A stretch of DNA of 64,000 nucleotides from an uncultured delta proteobacterium (GCA_963715335.1 CAVQRZ010000001.1:192001-256000); one strand, 5' to 3'. Shown: positions 1-8,950, counted from the first letter of the stretch. Notes: a model not told the origin generated them from the letters alone. Program-made: numbers and translations.

Positions 1-879
1 CACTCGTTCCGCGAGTTCGGTTACGATTCGGTCCACCATTCGATTCGCCTCGCGACGCAACAGCGGGGGCGACTGCTGCCTGGCGTGAGAAGAGTCTGCG
101 AAATCCAGCTGCGCACCATCCTGCAGGATGCCTGGGCGGAAGTGGAGCATGAGCTGGTCTACAAATCAGACATCTCACTGCCCAACCAGTCGATCCGCCG
201 CAAGCTGGCATCTCTCAACGCAACGCTGACCCTGTCGGACCTGATCTTCCAGGAGATTCGCGATTATCAGAAGGAGATCCGCAAGTACGACCGCAAGCGA
301 CGGGCCATTGCCGCCCGCGAGCTCAATGAAGCTGACGATATTGCCATCTCTCACCCCACAGCGACCGAGCCCCCTACCCGAATGGGGCCGTTCCCCTCGA
401 CCATGGCCAGCCACCTGGAAAAAACCATGCTGCGTGCCCTTGAAGCCCACAGCAACCACGACCTGGAAACCGCGATTGCACTGTACGGTCAGTTGCTTGG
501 CATGCAACTCGACCGGAAAATACGCGGCCTGGTCTATAACCACCGGGGGATGGCCTACTTTGCCATGGGCAGTTATCAGCGAGCACTGAAAGATTTTGCC
601 AACGCGATCAAGTATGATCAGAACAGTGAGCGGGGATACGCCAATCGCGGCCTCTGCCACCGGGTTTTGAGAAAGTACGATCGGGCACTGAAGGATTTTG
701 ACCGGGCCATCAAGATCAACCCTGGCCGTCCCGATAGTTTCTTTGGCCGTGCCCAGACTTATCACGACATGCAGCAATACGCCCAGGCCCGGAGCGACTG
801 CGAAAAGGCTCTCAACGTTCACTCCGGTTACCAGCCAGCCAGGGAACTGATCAAAACCCTGCAGACTGATCTCGCCTGA
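1..879 (+). CDS. RelA/SpoT-family (p)ppGpp synthetase domain fused to C-terminal TPR repeats (5' end lies outside the window)
   Basis: Frame is open from base 1: HSFREFGYDSVHH...CEIQLRTILQDAWAEVEHELVYK carries the GYxSxH and EIQxRT...WAExEH synthetase motifs; C-terminal half has TPR-like repeats (YNHRGMAYF, YANRGLCH, FFGRAQTY). Confidence 0.88.
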   Translation, partial: HSFREFGYDSVHHSIRLATQQRGRLLPGVRRVCEIQLRTILQDAWAEVEHELVYKSDISLPNQSIRRKLASLNATLTLSDLIFQEIRDYQKEIRKYDRKRRAIAARELNEADDIAISHPTATEPPTRMGPFPSTMASHLEKTMLRALEAHSNHDLETAIALYGQLLGMQLDRKIRGLVYNHRGMAYFAMGSYQRALKDFANAIKYDQNSERGYANRGLCHRVLRKYDRALKDFDRAIKINPGRPDSFFGRAQTYHDMQQYAQARSDCEKALNVHSGYQPARELIKTLQTDLA

Positions 880-945
880 CTGAAACGGTTGCCATCCGGG
901 GTTCTCCCCGCTATCATGCACATTTGCTGAATTGACACGACCCCG

Positions 946-1491
946 TTGGCCGATATGCAGACGACTCACAGCGCAGAACAGATCATAAAGCTCGCCGAAG
1001 CAGCCGTTCGTGCAGCAGAAAGTCGCGCCCGTGAACGCTACGCCATCCGGTTACCCGGGGCCGTGATTGATTTTGCTTTGCGCGGACGCTGTGCGGGGCA
1101 GGCAAAGGTCGAACAAAACGGCCGAACGCTTCTGCGCATCAACCTCGAGTTGTTAACGAATAATCTCGATGACTTCCTGAAGCAGACGATCCCCCACGAA
1201 GTGAGTCACCTGGTCGTCAACTGGCAAGCACGAAAAAAGCGCCAACGGCCACGCCCGCACGGCCCGGAATGGCAGGCTGTGATGCGGGACTGTTACAATC
1301 TGCAGCCTGTGCGCTGCCACACTTACGCGACGACCCCCGCACGCATTGTCCCCCGCAATTTCCTCTATCGCTGCAATTGCCGCGAACATCGCTTGACCAG
1401 GATCATGCATAACAGGATGTCTTGCCGCTACCAAGCCTGGTGCAAAGGCTGCAAGACCCATCTCAGGTTTGTTGCCATACTGGCTCGGTAG
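946..1491 (+). CDS. sprT: SprT-like zinc metalloprotease
   Basis: TIPHEVSHL (HExxH), PHGPEWQ, YRCNC and CKGC zinc-ribbon motifs. Confidence 0.85.
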   Translation: MADMQTTHSAEQIIKLAEAAVRAAESRARERYAIRLPGAVIDFALRGRCAGQAKVEQNGRTLLRINLELLTNNLDDFLKQTIPHEVSHLVVNWQARKKRQRPRPHGPEWQAVMRDCYNLQPVRCHTYATTPARIVPRNFLYRCNCREHRLTRIMHNRMSCRYQAWCKGCKTHLRFVAILAR

Positions 1492-1506
1492 CAGTCGCGA
1501 CTCCCT

Positions 1507-1533
1507 GTGCTACGATTTGAAAAATCGTAGCAC
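1507..1533. promoter_or_regulatory. Perfect palindrome GTGCTAC-N13-GTAGCAC, candidate NikR operator
   Basis: GTGCTACGATTT-GAA-AAATCGTAGCAC, 12-bp perfect arms, just upstream of the -35 of a metal ECF transporter. Confidence 0.7.
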
Positions 1534-1540
1534 TTTGCCC

Positions 1541-1569
1541 TTGACGCTGTAGCCTTCCCCCTCTAAAGT
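1541..1569 (+). promoter_or_regulatory. sigma70-type promoter of the nik/cbi operon
   Basis: TTGACG (1541-1546), 17 bp, TAAAGT (1564-1569). Confidence 0.6.
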
Positions 1570-1630
1570 GTTAGACAGACAGGCTTTTGCTGCACAATTA
1601 CCTCATCCCCGAACGCTGGAAGTCGTCAAA

Positions 1631-2635
1631 ATGCACATGGCAGACGCTCTCGTCTCTCCCGCTGTCGGCGCAGCTTTCTGGGCCGCGTCAGCAGGGACAA
1701 TCGCCCTTTGTTCGGCACGGCTGCGAAAACAACTTGACGATCGCAAAATCCCGCTGATGGGGGTTCTCGGGGCGTTTGTTTTTGCCGTCCAGATGATCAA
1801 TTTCACCATTCCGGCAACCGGTTCGAGCGGGCATCTCGGCGGAGGACTACTGCTGGCCATCCTGCTCGGTCCATCTGCAGCCTTCCTGTCAATTACGTCA
1901 GTCCTGATGGTACAGGCCCTCTTCTTTGCCGATGGAGGGCTGCTCGCCCTCGGCTGCAACATCTTCAATCTCGGGGTCTTTCCGGCGTTCGTAGCCTATC
2001 CCTTCATTTACCGGAAACTGATCGGCGAAGCCCCGTCTCAGCCGCGCATGGTCTTTGCCGCGATTATAGCCGCGGTGACCGCCCTGCAGTGCGGATCACT
2101 GGCGGTCGTCTTGCAAACTGTCTTATCCGGCGTCTCTTCCCTGCCTTTTGATGTTTTTATCCTGTTGATGCAGCCGATCCACCTGGCCATCGGTGTGGTT
2201 GAAGGCGTGGCCACGGCCCTGGTCGTCTCATTTGTCTATCGCGCCCGGCCTGAAATCCTCGCCAACATCAAACATGAGAAACCCCTCGGGGAACTGCCGC
2301 TACGTTCGCTATTGGCCATCTTCCTGATTTCAGCAGTATTGATCGGCGGAGTTTTTTCCTGGTTCGCCTCGGAACACCCGGATGGTCTCGAATGGTCGAT
2401 CGCCAGGATCACTGGATCAGACGTACTGCCAAAGACCGGCCTTGACGAGCATCAAGCCCTGGAGGAAATTCAGGAGAAGACGGCCATCTTCCCCGACTAT
2501 GCTCTACCTGACCGAGCAGACCGCGGCAGCAGCCAACGCGTGGGGAAAAGCCTTTCAGGGATCGTCGGTGGAGCCTTGACCCTGGCCATCTGCATTTTGA
2601 CCGGCTTTGCGTTGCGCATGTGGAGAAAACTGTAA
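1631..2635 (+). CDS. nikMN: ECF Ni/Co transporter substrate component, NikM/CbiM fused to a PDGLE (NikN-like) domain
   Basis: N-terminal MHMADAL metal-binding start, SSGHLGGG motif, FASEHPDGLEW motif; start placed at ATG 1631. Confidence 0.9.
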   Translation: MHMADALVSPAVGAAFWAASAGTIALCSARLRKQLDDRKIPLMGVLGAFVFAVQMINFTIPATGSSGHLGGGLLLAILLGPSAAFLSITSVLMVQALFFADGGLLALGCNIFNLGVFPAFVAYPFIYRKLIGEAPSQPRMVFAAIIAAVTALQCGSLAVVLQTVLSGVSSLPFDVFILLMQPIHLAIGVVEGVATALVVSFVYRARPEILANIKHEKPLGELPLRSLLAIFLISAVLIGGVFSWFASEHPDGLEWSIARITGSDVLPKTGLDEHQALEEIQEKTAIFPDYALPDRADRGSSQRVGKSLSGIVGGALTLAICILTGFALRMWRKL

Positions 2636-3447
2636 TGCTGGCCATAGACGGCTCTTTTCTCGACTTCAAGCAGCTCGACCTGCTGGCCCTGCGGCAGACA
2701 GCAATCCACCGGCTCGATCCGAGAGCCAAATTGCTGACCACGCTTGGTTTCATCGTCTGCGTTGTGTCTTTCGGCAAGTACGAGATCTCGGCAATGCTGC
2801 CGTTCCTCATCTATCCAACAGCCCTGGTAGCGGTTGGTGACCTGCCGCCTGGCTACATCCTGCGCAAAATCGTGATTGTCATACCCTTTGCCCTGTTGAT
2901 CGGCCTCTTCAACCCGATTTTCGATCGACAGGTCATCCTGCAGTTCGGCGCCTTCGATATTTGGGGCGGGTGGGTCTCCTGCCTGTCAATCCTCATGCGC
3001 GCCATTCTGACGGCCAGTGTCGCGATCATCCTGATCGCGACAACCGGATTCCCGGCCATCTGTGAGGCTCTGGAAAAGCTGAAGATGCCGCAAACCTTTG
3101 CCGTGCAGCTGCTTTTCCTCTACCGCTACATCTTCGTTCTCACCGATGAAGGCGTCCGCACCGCCCGCGCCAGACAATTGCGGACCTTCGGCCGGCGCGG
3201 TTTCAGCATACGCCACTTCGGCACCCTGACCGGGCACCTGCTGTTACGGACCTGGGAGCGCGCCGAACGAATTCACATGGCGATGCTGGCGCGCGGCTTC
3301 TCCGGCGAAGTTCATTCGAGACGCAGACAAAATCATTTCGGCAAACAGGACCTCTTGTTCACGGTCTGCTGGGTCATTCTGTTTATCCTGCTGCGCCTCT
3401 ACAACGCCCCGCAATTGCTCGGCAGCCTTTTCACCGGGGACATGTAA
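2635..3447 (+). CDS. nikQ: ECF Ni/Co transporter transmembrane T component
   Basis: IHRLDPRAKL, YRYIFVL, AMLARGF motifs; TAATG overlap with upstream gene. Confidence 0.88.
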   Translation: MLAIDGSFLDFKQLDLLALRQTAIHRLDPRAKLLTTLGFIVCVVSFGKYEISAMLPFLIYPTALVAVGDLPPGYILRKIVIVIPFALLIGLFNPIFDRQVILQFGAFDIWGGWVSCLSILMRAILTASVAIILIATTGFPAICEALEKLKMPQTFAVQLLFLYRYIFVLTDEGVRTARARQLRTFGRRGFSIRHFGTLTGHLLLRTWERAERIHMAMLARGFSGEVHSRRRQNHFGKQDLLFTVCWVILFILLRLYNAPQLLGSLFTGDM

Positions 3448-4268
3448 TGAGCCATCATATCGTCGAAACCCGTCATCTCAAGCATGTCTATGCCGATGGC
3501 ACCATTGCATTGAAGGACGTCTCGTTCCGCGTTGAACATGGCGAAGCCGTAGGAATCATCGGCGCCAACGGCGCCGGCAAATCGACCTTGCTGCTGCACC
3601 TAAACGGCTACCTGACCGCAACCTCTGGCAACATTATTATCGGCGATGAACAGCTGACGAAAGCATCCCTGGCGGTCATCAGGCGCACGGTCGGGATGGT
3701 CTTTCAGGACCCGGACGATCAACTCTTCATGCCAACGGTCTATGACGATGTCGCCTTCGGGCCGATCAATCAGGGATTGTCTCCGCAAGAGATTGAAGCC
3801 AGAGTCCGTGAAGCCTTGTTCAGGGTCGAAGCCGATGAATTGCGCGACAAGCCCCCCTATCACCTGTCCGGCGGAGAAAAGAAGCGGGTTGCCGTGGCAA
3901 CCGTACTTTCAATGCGGCCCGAAATTCTGGTGCTGGATGAGCCGACCAACGGCCTCGATCCGCACGCGAGGCGCCAGCTGATAGCCCTGCTCAAGGCCTT
4001 CCACCACACACGGATCATTACCAGTCATGATCTGGACATGGTCCTTGAACTCTGTGAACGCACTATCGTACTGCACGAAGGTGAAGTCATGGCGGATGGC
4101 CCGACTCTGGAGATATTCCAGGATGACGAGTTGCTGAGCACCTGTCGCCTGGAAAAGCCTTTCGCCATGCAGGGCTGCCCGGTCTGCTCCCCGTCCCGCC
4201 GGGCCTATCCGGAGCAGCCTCCTCTAATCGAGCCTCACAGCAGCATTCCGCACGACCACGACCATTGA
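3447..4268 (+). CDS. nikO: ECF Ni/Co transporter ATPase
   Basis: GANGAGKST, FQDPDDQ, LSGGEKKR, VLDEPT; TAATG overlap. Confidence 0.9.
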   Translation: MSHHIVETRHLKHVYADGTIALKDVSFRVEHGEAVGIIGANGAGKSTLLLHLNGYLTATSGNIIIGDEQLTKASLAVIRRTVGMVFQDPDDQLFMPTVYDDVAFGPINQGLSPQEIEARVREALFRVEADELRDKPPYHLSGGEKKRVAVATVLSMRPEILVLDEPTNGLDPHARRQLIALLKAFHHTRIITSHDLDMVLELCERTIVLHEGEVMADGPTLEIFQDDELLSTCRLEKPFAMQGCPVCSPSRRAYPEQPPLIEPHSSIPHDHDH

Positions 4269-4558
4269 TCTTTGCACACAGGTGGCGAACACTTTTTTCT
4301 CGTTGTTGAACCATTTTGGCCAGGGGCAAACGGCTTTGCAGCGAACCTGCCAGAGGCAGTCGGCTTTTTAGCCTTGATAAATTTTTTTACTTAGACAAAA
4401 GCGGATAAACGCGCTACCTTGCTCACGGACAAAGGTTAAAAGGTCAGACCATGTGGCGAAAACTCTCCACAAAAGGTAAAATTTAACCAGCGATGCGAAA
4501 AATCCGCCATCAACTGTTTGACAAACGCTGAATATACGAGACGTTTTAAGGCATGCTC

Positions 4559-4575
4559 CTGGCACCAACTTTGCT
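4559..4575 (+). promoter_or_regulatory. sigma54 (-24/-12) promoter upstream of sucCD
   Basis: CTGGCAC-CAACT-TTGCT, exact TGGCAC-N5-TTGC spacing, about 70 bp before the sucC ATG. Confidence 0.7.
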
Positions 4576-4647
4576 CTAAATCCTAAGCTGATGCCATCCT
4601 GAGAAGGCTGGCGAACCAAACCCATTTCCTGTGGAGGTCAAATTCCC

Positions 4648-5811
4648 ATGAATATTCACGAGTACCAGGCCAAGGCGATCCTGCGTAATTTCGGGGTTCC
4701 GGTCCCGGAAGGTCACGTGGTCTACAACAGCAATTCGGCACGAGACTGGGCCAAGCGCCTGGGCGAAGGGCCTTGGGCGGTCAAGGCGCAAATCCATGCC
4801 GGGGGCCGCGGCAAGGGTGGCGGCGTCAAGATCGCCAAGACCGCCGACGAAGTGAAAAAGTTTGCCAGGAGCATGTTCGGCATGACCCTGGTGACCCACC
4901 AAACCGGCCCCGAGGGCAAAATCGTCAAACGCGTCCTGATCGAGAATGGCTGCAACATCGCTGACGAATTCTACGTTTCCTTCCTGGTCGACCGCGCCAC
5001 TGACAGGGTCACCCTGATGGCTTCGGCCGAAGGGGGTGTGAACATCGAGGAAGTCGCCGCCAAGACCCCGGAGAAACTCTTTTTTGAAGTTATCGATCCG
5101 GTGGTTGGCCTGACGGCATTTCAATCTCGCAAGATTGCCTTCAAACTTGGCTTCGCCATCGCCCAGGTCAAGCAGGCCGTGCCGCTGCTGATGAGCCTTT
5201 ACAAAGCTTTTGTCGAGACCGACTGCTCATTGCTCGAAATCAACCCGCTGGTCCTGACCGGTGAAGGCAAGCTGCTCTGCCTCGATGCCAAGCTGAACCT
5301 TGACGACAATGCGCTGTTCCGTCATCTGCGCATCCGTGACCTGCGCGACTACGATGAAGAGGATGCCAATGAGATCGAGGCCTCGCAATACGACCTCTCT
5401 TACATCGCCCTGGATGGCAACATCGGCTGCATGGTCAATGGTGCCGGCCTGGCCATGGCGACCATGGACATCATCAAGCACTACGGTGGCGACCCGGCCA
5501 ACTTCCTCGACGTAGGTGGCGGCGCCACCATCGAACGCGTCACCGAAGCATTCAAGCTCATCCTCTCCGATGACAAGGTGAAAGGAATTCTGGTCAACAT
5601 CTTCGGCGGCATCATGAAGTGTGACGTCATCGCCACCGGAGTTATCGAAGGGGCGAGACAGCTCGGCGTCAAGGTCCCGCTCGTAGTCCGCCTGGAAGGC
5701 ACCAACGTTGAACTCGGCAAAAAGATGCTCGCCGAATCAGGGCTGAATATCGTCAGCGCAGACGGCATGGCTGATGCTGCCGAAAAAATCGTCAAAGCGG
5801 TTAAAGGTTAG
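4648..5811 (+). CDS. sucC: Succinyl-CoA synthetase beta subunit
   Basis: [50 protein letters not shown]. Confidence 0.98.
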   Translation: MNIHEYQAKAILRNFGVPVPEGHVVYNSNSARDWAKRLGEGPWAVKAQIHAGGRGKGGGVKIAKTADEVKKFARSMFGMTLVTHQTGPEGKIVKRVLIENGCNIADEFYVSFLVDRATDRVTLMASAEGGVNIEEVAAKTPEKLFFEVIDPVVGLTAFQSRKIAFKLGFAIAQVKQAVPLLMSLYKAFVETDCSLLEINPLVLTGEGKLLCLDAKLNLDDNALFRHLRIRDLRDYDEEDANEIEASQYDLSYIALDGNIGCMVNGAGLAMATMDIIKHYGGDPANFLDVGGGATIERVTEAFKLILSDDKVKGILVNIFGGIMKCDVIATGVIEGARQLGVKVPLVVRLEGTNVELGKKMLAESGLNIVSADGMADAAEKIVKAVKG

Positions 5812-5889
5812 GGGAAAGATGAGAGATGAAAGCATGATCCTCACACCTCTTGCCACTACCTCTGACCTGAATCAATAGGAGAGAACACG

Positions 5890-6762
5890 ATGAGTATACT
5901 GGTCGACAAAAATACCCGCGTAATTACCCAGGGAATAACCGGCGCCACAGGCCTCTTCCACGCCCAGGGCGCCCGTGACTACGGCACCCAGATGGTCGGC
6001 GGCGTGTCCCCCGGCAAGGGCGGCACCAAGATCGACGGGTTTCCGGTCTTCAATACAGTCGAAGACGCAGTCAAGGCAACCGGCGCCAATGCTTCGGTTA
6101 TCTATGTGCCGCCGATCGGCAGCGCCGACGCTATCATGGAGGCGGTCGATGCTGGCATCGAGGTGGTGATCTGCATCACCGAAGGTGTTCCGGTGCTCGA
6201 CATGGTCAAAGTCAACAGATACATGGAGGGGAAGAATTGTCGCCTGGTCGGCCCAAACTGCCCTGGCGTAATTACCCCGGGAGAGTGCAAAATCGGCATC
6301 ATGCCGGGCTACATCCACAAAAAAGGCCCGGTCGGTGTGGTCTCTCGCTCCGGAACCCTGACCTATGAAGCGGTCTGGCAATTGACCACCCGCAAAATCG
6401 GCCAGACCACCTGCGTCGGCATTGGTGGCGATCCGGTTAACGGCACCAGCCATCTGGATGTACTGAGAATGTTCGAAGACGACCCGGCCACCGAAGCGGT
6501 GATCATGATCGGTGAAATCGGTGGCGACGCCGAAGAGCAGGCGGCCGCATTTGTCCGAGACCACATGACCAAACCGGTGGCGGCATTCATTGCCGGCGCT
6601 ACGGCTCCCACCGGCAAGCGCATGGGTCACGCCGGGGCGATCATCTCGGGTGGCAAGGGGGACGCGGCGAGCAAGATAGCTTTTCTGCGGGAATGCGGAG
6701 TGAGCGTTGCCGACAGCCCGGCGGAAATGGCCGAGGCCCTGTTGAAAATCTGGCAACCCTGA
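5890..6762 (+). CDS. sucD: Succinyl-CoA synthetase alpha subunit
   Basis: [22 protein letters not shown] phosphohistidine motif. Confidence 0.98.
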   Translation: MSILVDKNTRVITQGITGATGLFHAQGARDYGTQMVGGVSPGKGGTKIDGFPVFNTVEDAVKATGANASVIYVPPIGSADAIMEAVDAGIEVVICITEGVPVLDMVKVNRYMEGKNCRLVGPNCPGVITPGECKIGIMPGYIHKKGPVGVVSRSGTLTYEAVWQLTTRKIGQTTCVGIGGDPVNGTSHLDVLRMFEDDPATEAVIMIGEIGGDAEEQAAAFVRDHMTKPVAAFIAGATAPTGKRMGHAGAIISGGKGDAASKIAFLRECGVSVADSPAEMAEALLKIWQP

Positions 6763-6847
6763 GCTTGCACCGATATTCGAGTAAAAAAGGACCGGCCTGA
6801 TGGGCGGTCCCGGCTATTGAAAAAGTTCATCCAGACTTCATGATAGA

Positions 6848-6878
6848 GAGGGCAACAGATGGTTAATCTGTTGCCCTC
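6848..6878. repeat. REP-like palindrome GAGGGCAACAGAT-ggtta-ATCTGTTGCCCTC (left copy)
   Basis: 13-bp perfect stem; 6849-6877 matches the reverse complement of 7496-7524 at 28/29 nt. Confidence 0.8.
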
Positions 6879-6990
6879 ATCCTTTTTTACTTAAGCGTAA
6901 AACCGGCGGCCAGCTCGCCTGGCACCTTATTTTGTTTGTTTACAACGAAAAGAGTTTTACGTTGATCCAGAGAGCACAATGCAACGATTG

Positions 6991-7183
6991 GCCACCGGGT
7001 CAAGAAGGCCGTACCGCGAGGCCCCCTGTAACGGGCCGGCTCCCCTACACATAAACCATTAGAAACCACGGCAATCATGCGGACGTCTATGCCCAGCGCA
7101 GCGCAGGCCCTTTTCTGCTGACTCTTTTGGGCCAGCAAAAGAGTCAGGCGCCGGAGGGGGCGCACCCCCGGGGTTTGCTTTTG
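6991..7183 (+). repeat. Multi-hairpin intergenic repeat element, copy A
   Basis: 7016-7042 is the exact reverse complement of 7361-7387 (27/27); 7083-7094 of 7308-7319; hairpins at 7118-7147 and 7156-7169. Confidence 0.75.
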
Positions 7184-7229
7184 CTTGGTTTATGTGTTTA
7201 AACATAATTCAAAAGATAGAGGACCAGAA

Positions 7230-7412
7230 CCGGCGGGTCGCGTCCCGCCGGACGCCATACTTTTGTCCGGCAACAAAAGTATGCAAAAACGCCTTTCTCC
7301 TAGCGGAGGGCATAGACGTTCTCGAAAGGTTATATGGCTTCCAAAAGCAGCAGAGGAGACGAGCCGGCCCGTTACAGGGGGCCTCGCCGAACTGCCGTCA
7401 ATATGGGGTGGC
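7230..7412 (-). repeat. Multi-hairpin intergenic repeat element, copy B (inverted relative to A)
   Basis: Reverse complement of 7230-7288 matches 53236-53294 at 58/59 nt; shares 27-nt and 12-nt blocks with copy A. Confidence 0.8.
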
Positions 7413-7495
7413 AGGATCACACTGATGAGACCGATTGCAACCGGCAGGGACGGAACTTAAAACCCTTCCTTTTTGAAGTCCAAAGGATAATGAAA

Positions 7496-7524
7496 AGGGC
7501 AACAGATTAACCATCTGTTACCCT
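7496..7524. repeat. REP-like palindrome AGGGCAACAGAT-taacc-ATCTGTTACCCT (right copy)
   Basis: Inverted copy of 6849-6877 including the loop. Confidence 0.8.
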
Positions 7525-7560
7525 AAATTTTCTATAAATCTCACATGTTGCAGCAAGCGC

Positions 7561-7893
7561 CTATTTCGGCTCTATTGGCGAGGCCGGATCCTCTTTGAGT
7601 GGTGAGCCCCAGAACGTTCCCAAAACCTTCTGATCGCGTTGGTTGAGGATAGCGCCCCGTTCAATCATGCGCTGCATGAGCTCTTCGAGGTCGGCCTGCT
7701 GGCCAATCGCCTCATCCACTCTCTCCCTCGTATGACAGATGGTGCAACGAGCTTCAATGGTATTCTGAAACTCGTCGTTCTCCGGCAGGCGGTGAACGTC
7801 GTGCGCGGCCCCTGGGACAGCGGCCGCCGTCACGGGCAAGAGCAGCAGGCCGAGTAACAGCGTCAATCCGCTAAAAAGGCTATTCACGTACAT
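7561..7893 (-). CDS. Small periplasmic monoheme c-type cytochrome
   Basis: Hydrophobic signal peptide ending TAAA, single CTICH heme motif, distal Met candidates; start 7893 (ATG) or 7887 (GTG). Confidence 0.75.
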   Translation of the reverse strand: MYVNSLFSGLTLLLGLLLLPVTAAAVPGAAHDVHRLPENDEFQNTIEARCTICHTRERVDEAIGQQADLEELMQRMIERGAILNQRDQKVLGTFWGSPLKEDPASPIEPK

Positions 7894-8377
7894 ACGTATC
7901 GATGTCCGTTTCATGGACCATACCCATCAGATGGGCATATTCCGATTCAATAATCGCATAATGGTGCTCTGTCTCCCGGGCCATCCGCTCGAAGACAGCA
8001 CGAACCGCAGGGTCAACGATACGGGCCGCTGTCATTTGCAGGTTTTTGAACAGGTCTTCCTCCTCCGTCATCGCCAGCTCCATGGCCTTGCGCTCATGGA
8101 CATTCTCGTCAAGGGCCTTTTCCAGCTTCTTGAGCATGGCATGACCCTTCGATGGCGGCATAGCAATAAAATCCTCAAAAGAACCGAGGTCGCTGCCGGT
8201 ATAGATTTCGAAAAAATGGCCGGCATGCTCACGTTCTTCCTTGGCCAACTGCTCAAAGACCTTTTTGCCGCGTTCATTATTGGTCAAAGCTGCGGCCTTC
8301 AGATAAAAATCCATTACATCTTTTTCAGTTTGGATTGCCTGCTTGATTGCATCGCGCAGGACCGGTTCCTGGTTCAT
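7880..8377 (-). CDS. Ferritin-like / rubrerythrin-domain protein
   Basis: AIQTEKDVMDFY, LAKEEREH, MARETEHH paired ExxH-type carboxylate motifs; no rubredoxin domain. Confidence 0.85.
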   Translation of the reverse strand: MNQEPVLRDAIKQAIQTEKDVMDFYLKAAALTNNERGKKVFEQLAKEEREHAGHFFEIYTGSDLGSFEDFIAMPPSKGHAMLKKLEKALDENVHERKAMELAMTEEEDLFKNLQMTAARIVDPAVRAVFERMARETEHHYAIIESEYAHLMGMVHETDIDTYVRE

Positions 8378-8468
8378 GTTGCTCTCCCTTCACGGCGGCA
8401 ATAAACCGCAAAAGCAATGTTTTCAATACAGCGCCGACGAAGAAATCATCGGACCCAATCCATTCAGT

Positions 8469-8855
8469 CTAGTCGTCCAACCTTTCCACCTGCTCTTCGA
8501 CCCATGCATCAATCTTGTCGCCATCACTACCCGCCAGATCGAGGAAACGCATCCCCATCCCCGGCTCATAAGGGCCTTTTTTGTGGAAGTGCCGCTTCCA
8601 GATCACTTCAGAGCGGCAACGGATTACGTGCCTGGGATTGACCGGCAGCGTCAGCTCAATCGTGAAGACTTCGCCCGGCTCGCGGGGCTTCACCGTAGCG
8701 ATGAAAAGCCCTCCCCGGCTGATATCCTTGGCATAGCCGAAAAAAGTTTTCTGGCCGTCTTCAATCGGGATTTTCTCGACGATCAGGGGCACTCGCGTCG
8801 CAAGGCGCTTGTTTTTCTGCTCCGCTTCATACTCTGGGCTGTCGGGTCCACTCAT
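8469..8855 (-). CDS. PilZ-domain c-di-GMP receptor
   Basis: RLATR (RxxxR) and DISRGG (DxSxxG), GMGMRF; start uncertain (8855-8879). Confidence 0.85.
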   Translation of the reverse strand: MSGPDSPEYEAEQKNKRLATRVPLIVEKIPIEDGQKTFFGYAKDISRGGLFIATVKPREPGEVFTIELTLPVNPRHVIRCRSEVIWKRHFHKKGPYEPGMGMRFLDLAGSDGDKIDAWVEEQVERLDD

Positions 8856-8950
8856 CGGCATCCTCTTCGTTCCACCCAAAGGACGGGCAGCATCGGTCGC
8901 GTTCGTTGATCATAGCACAGCTTTTTAGATTTTCGAACGTTTGTCAAGTA

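Noticed and set aside
4321..4365. GGGCAAAC start resembling a cyclic dinucleotide (GEMM) riboswitch
   Set aside because: No GAAA-capped P2 stem or GACGCAAAG junction follows
6919..6936. TGGCAC as a sigma54 promoter driving repeat copy A
   Set aside because: No GC at the -12 position (TGGCAC-CTTAT-TTTGT)
6887..7460. Short ORFs (76-92 aa) on both strands in the sucD downstream region
   Set aside because: They overlie the inverted repeat elements and show no recognisable motifs; treated as non-coding
6848..7524. Possible CRISPR array or IS element
   Set aside because: Repeats are inverted and unevenly spaced rather than direct with unique spacers; no cas or transposase gene in the window
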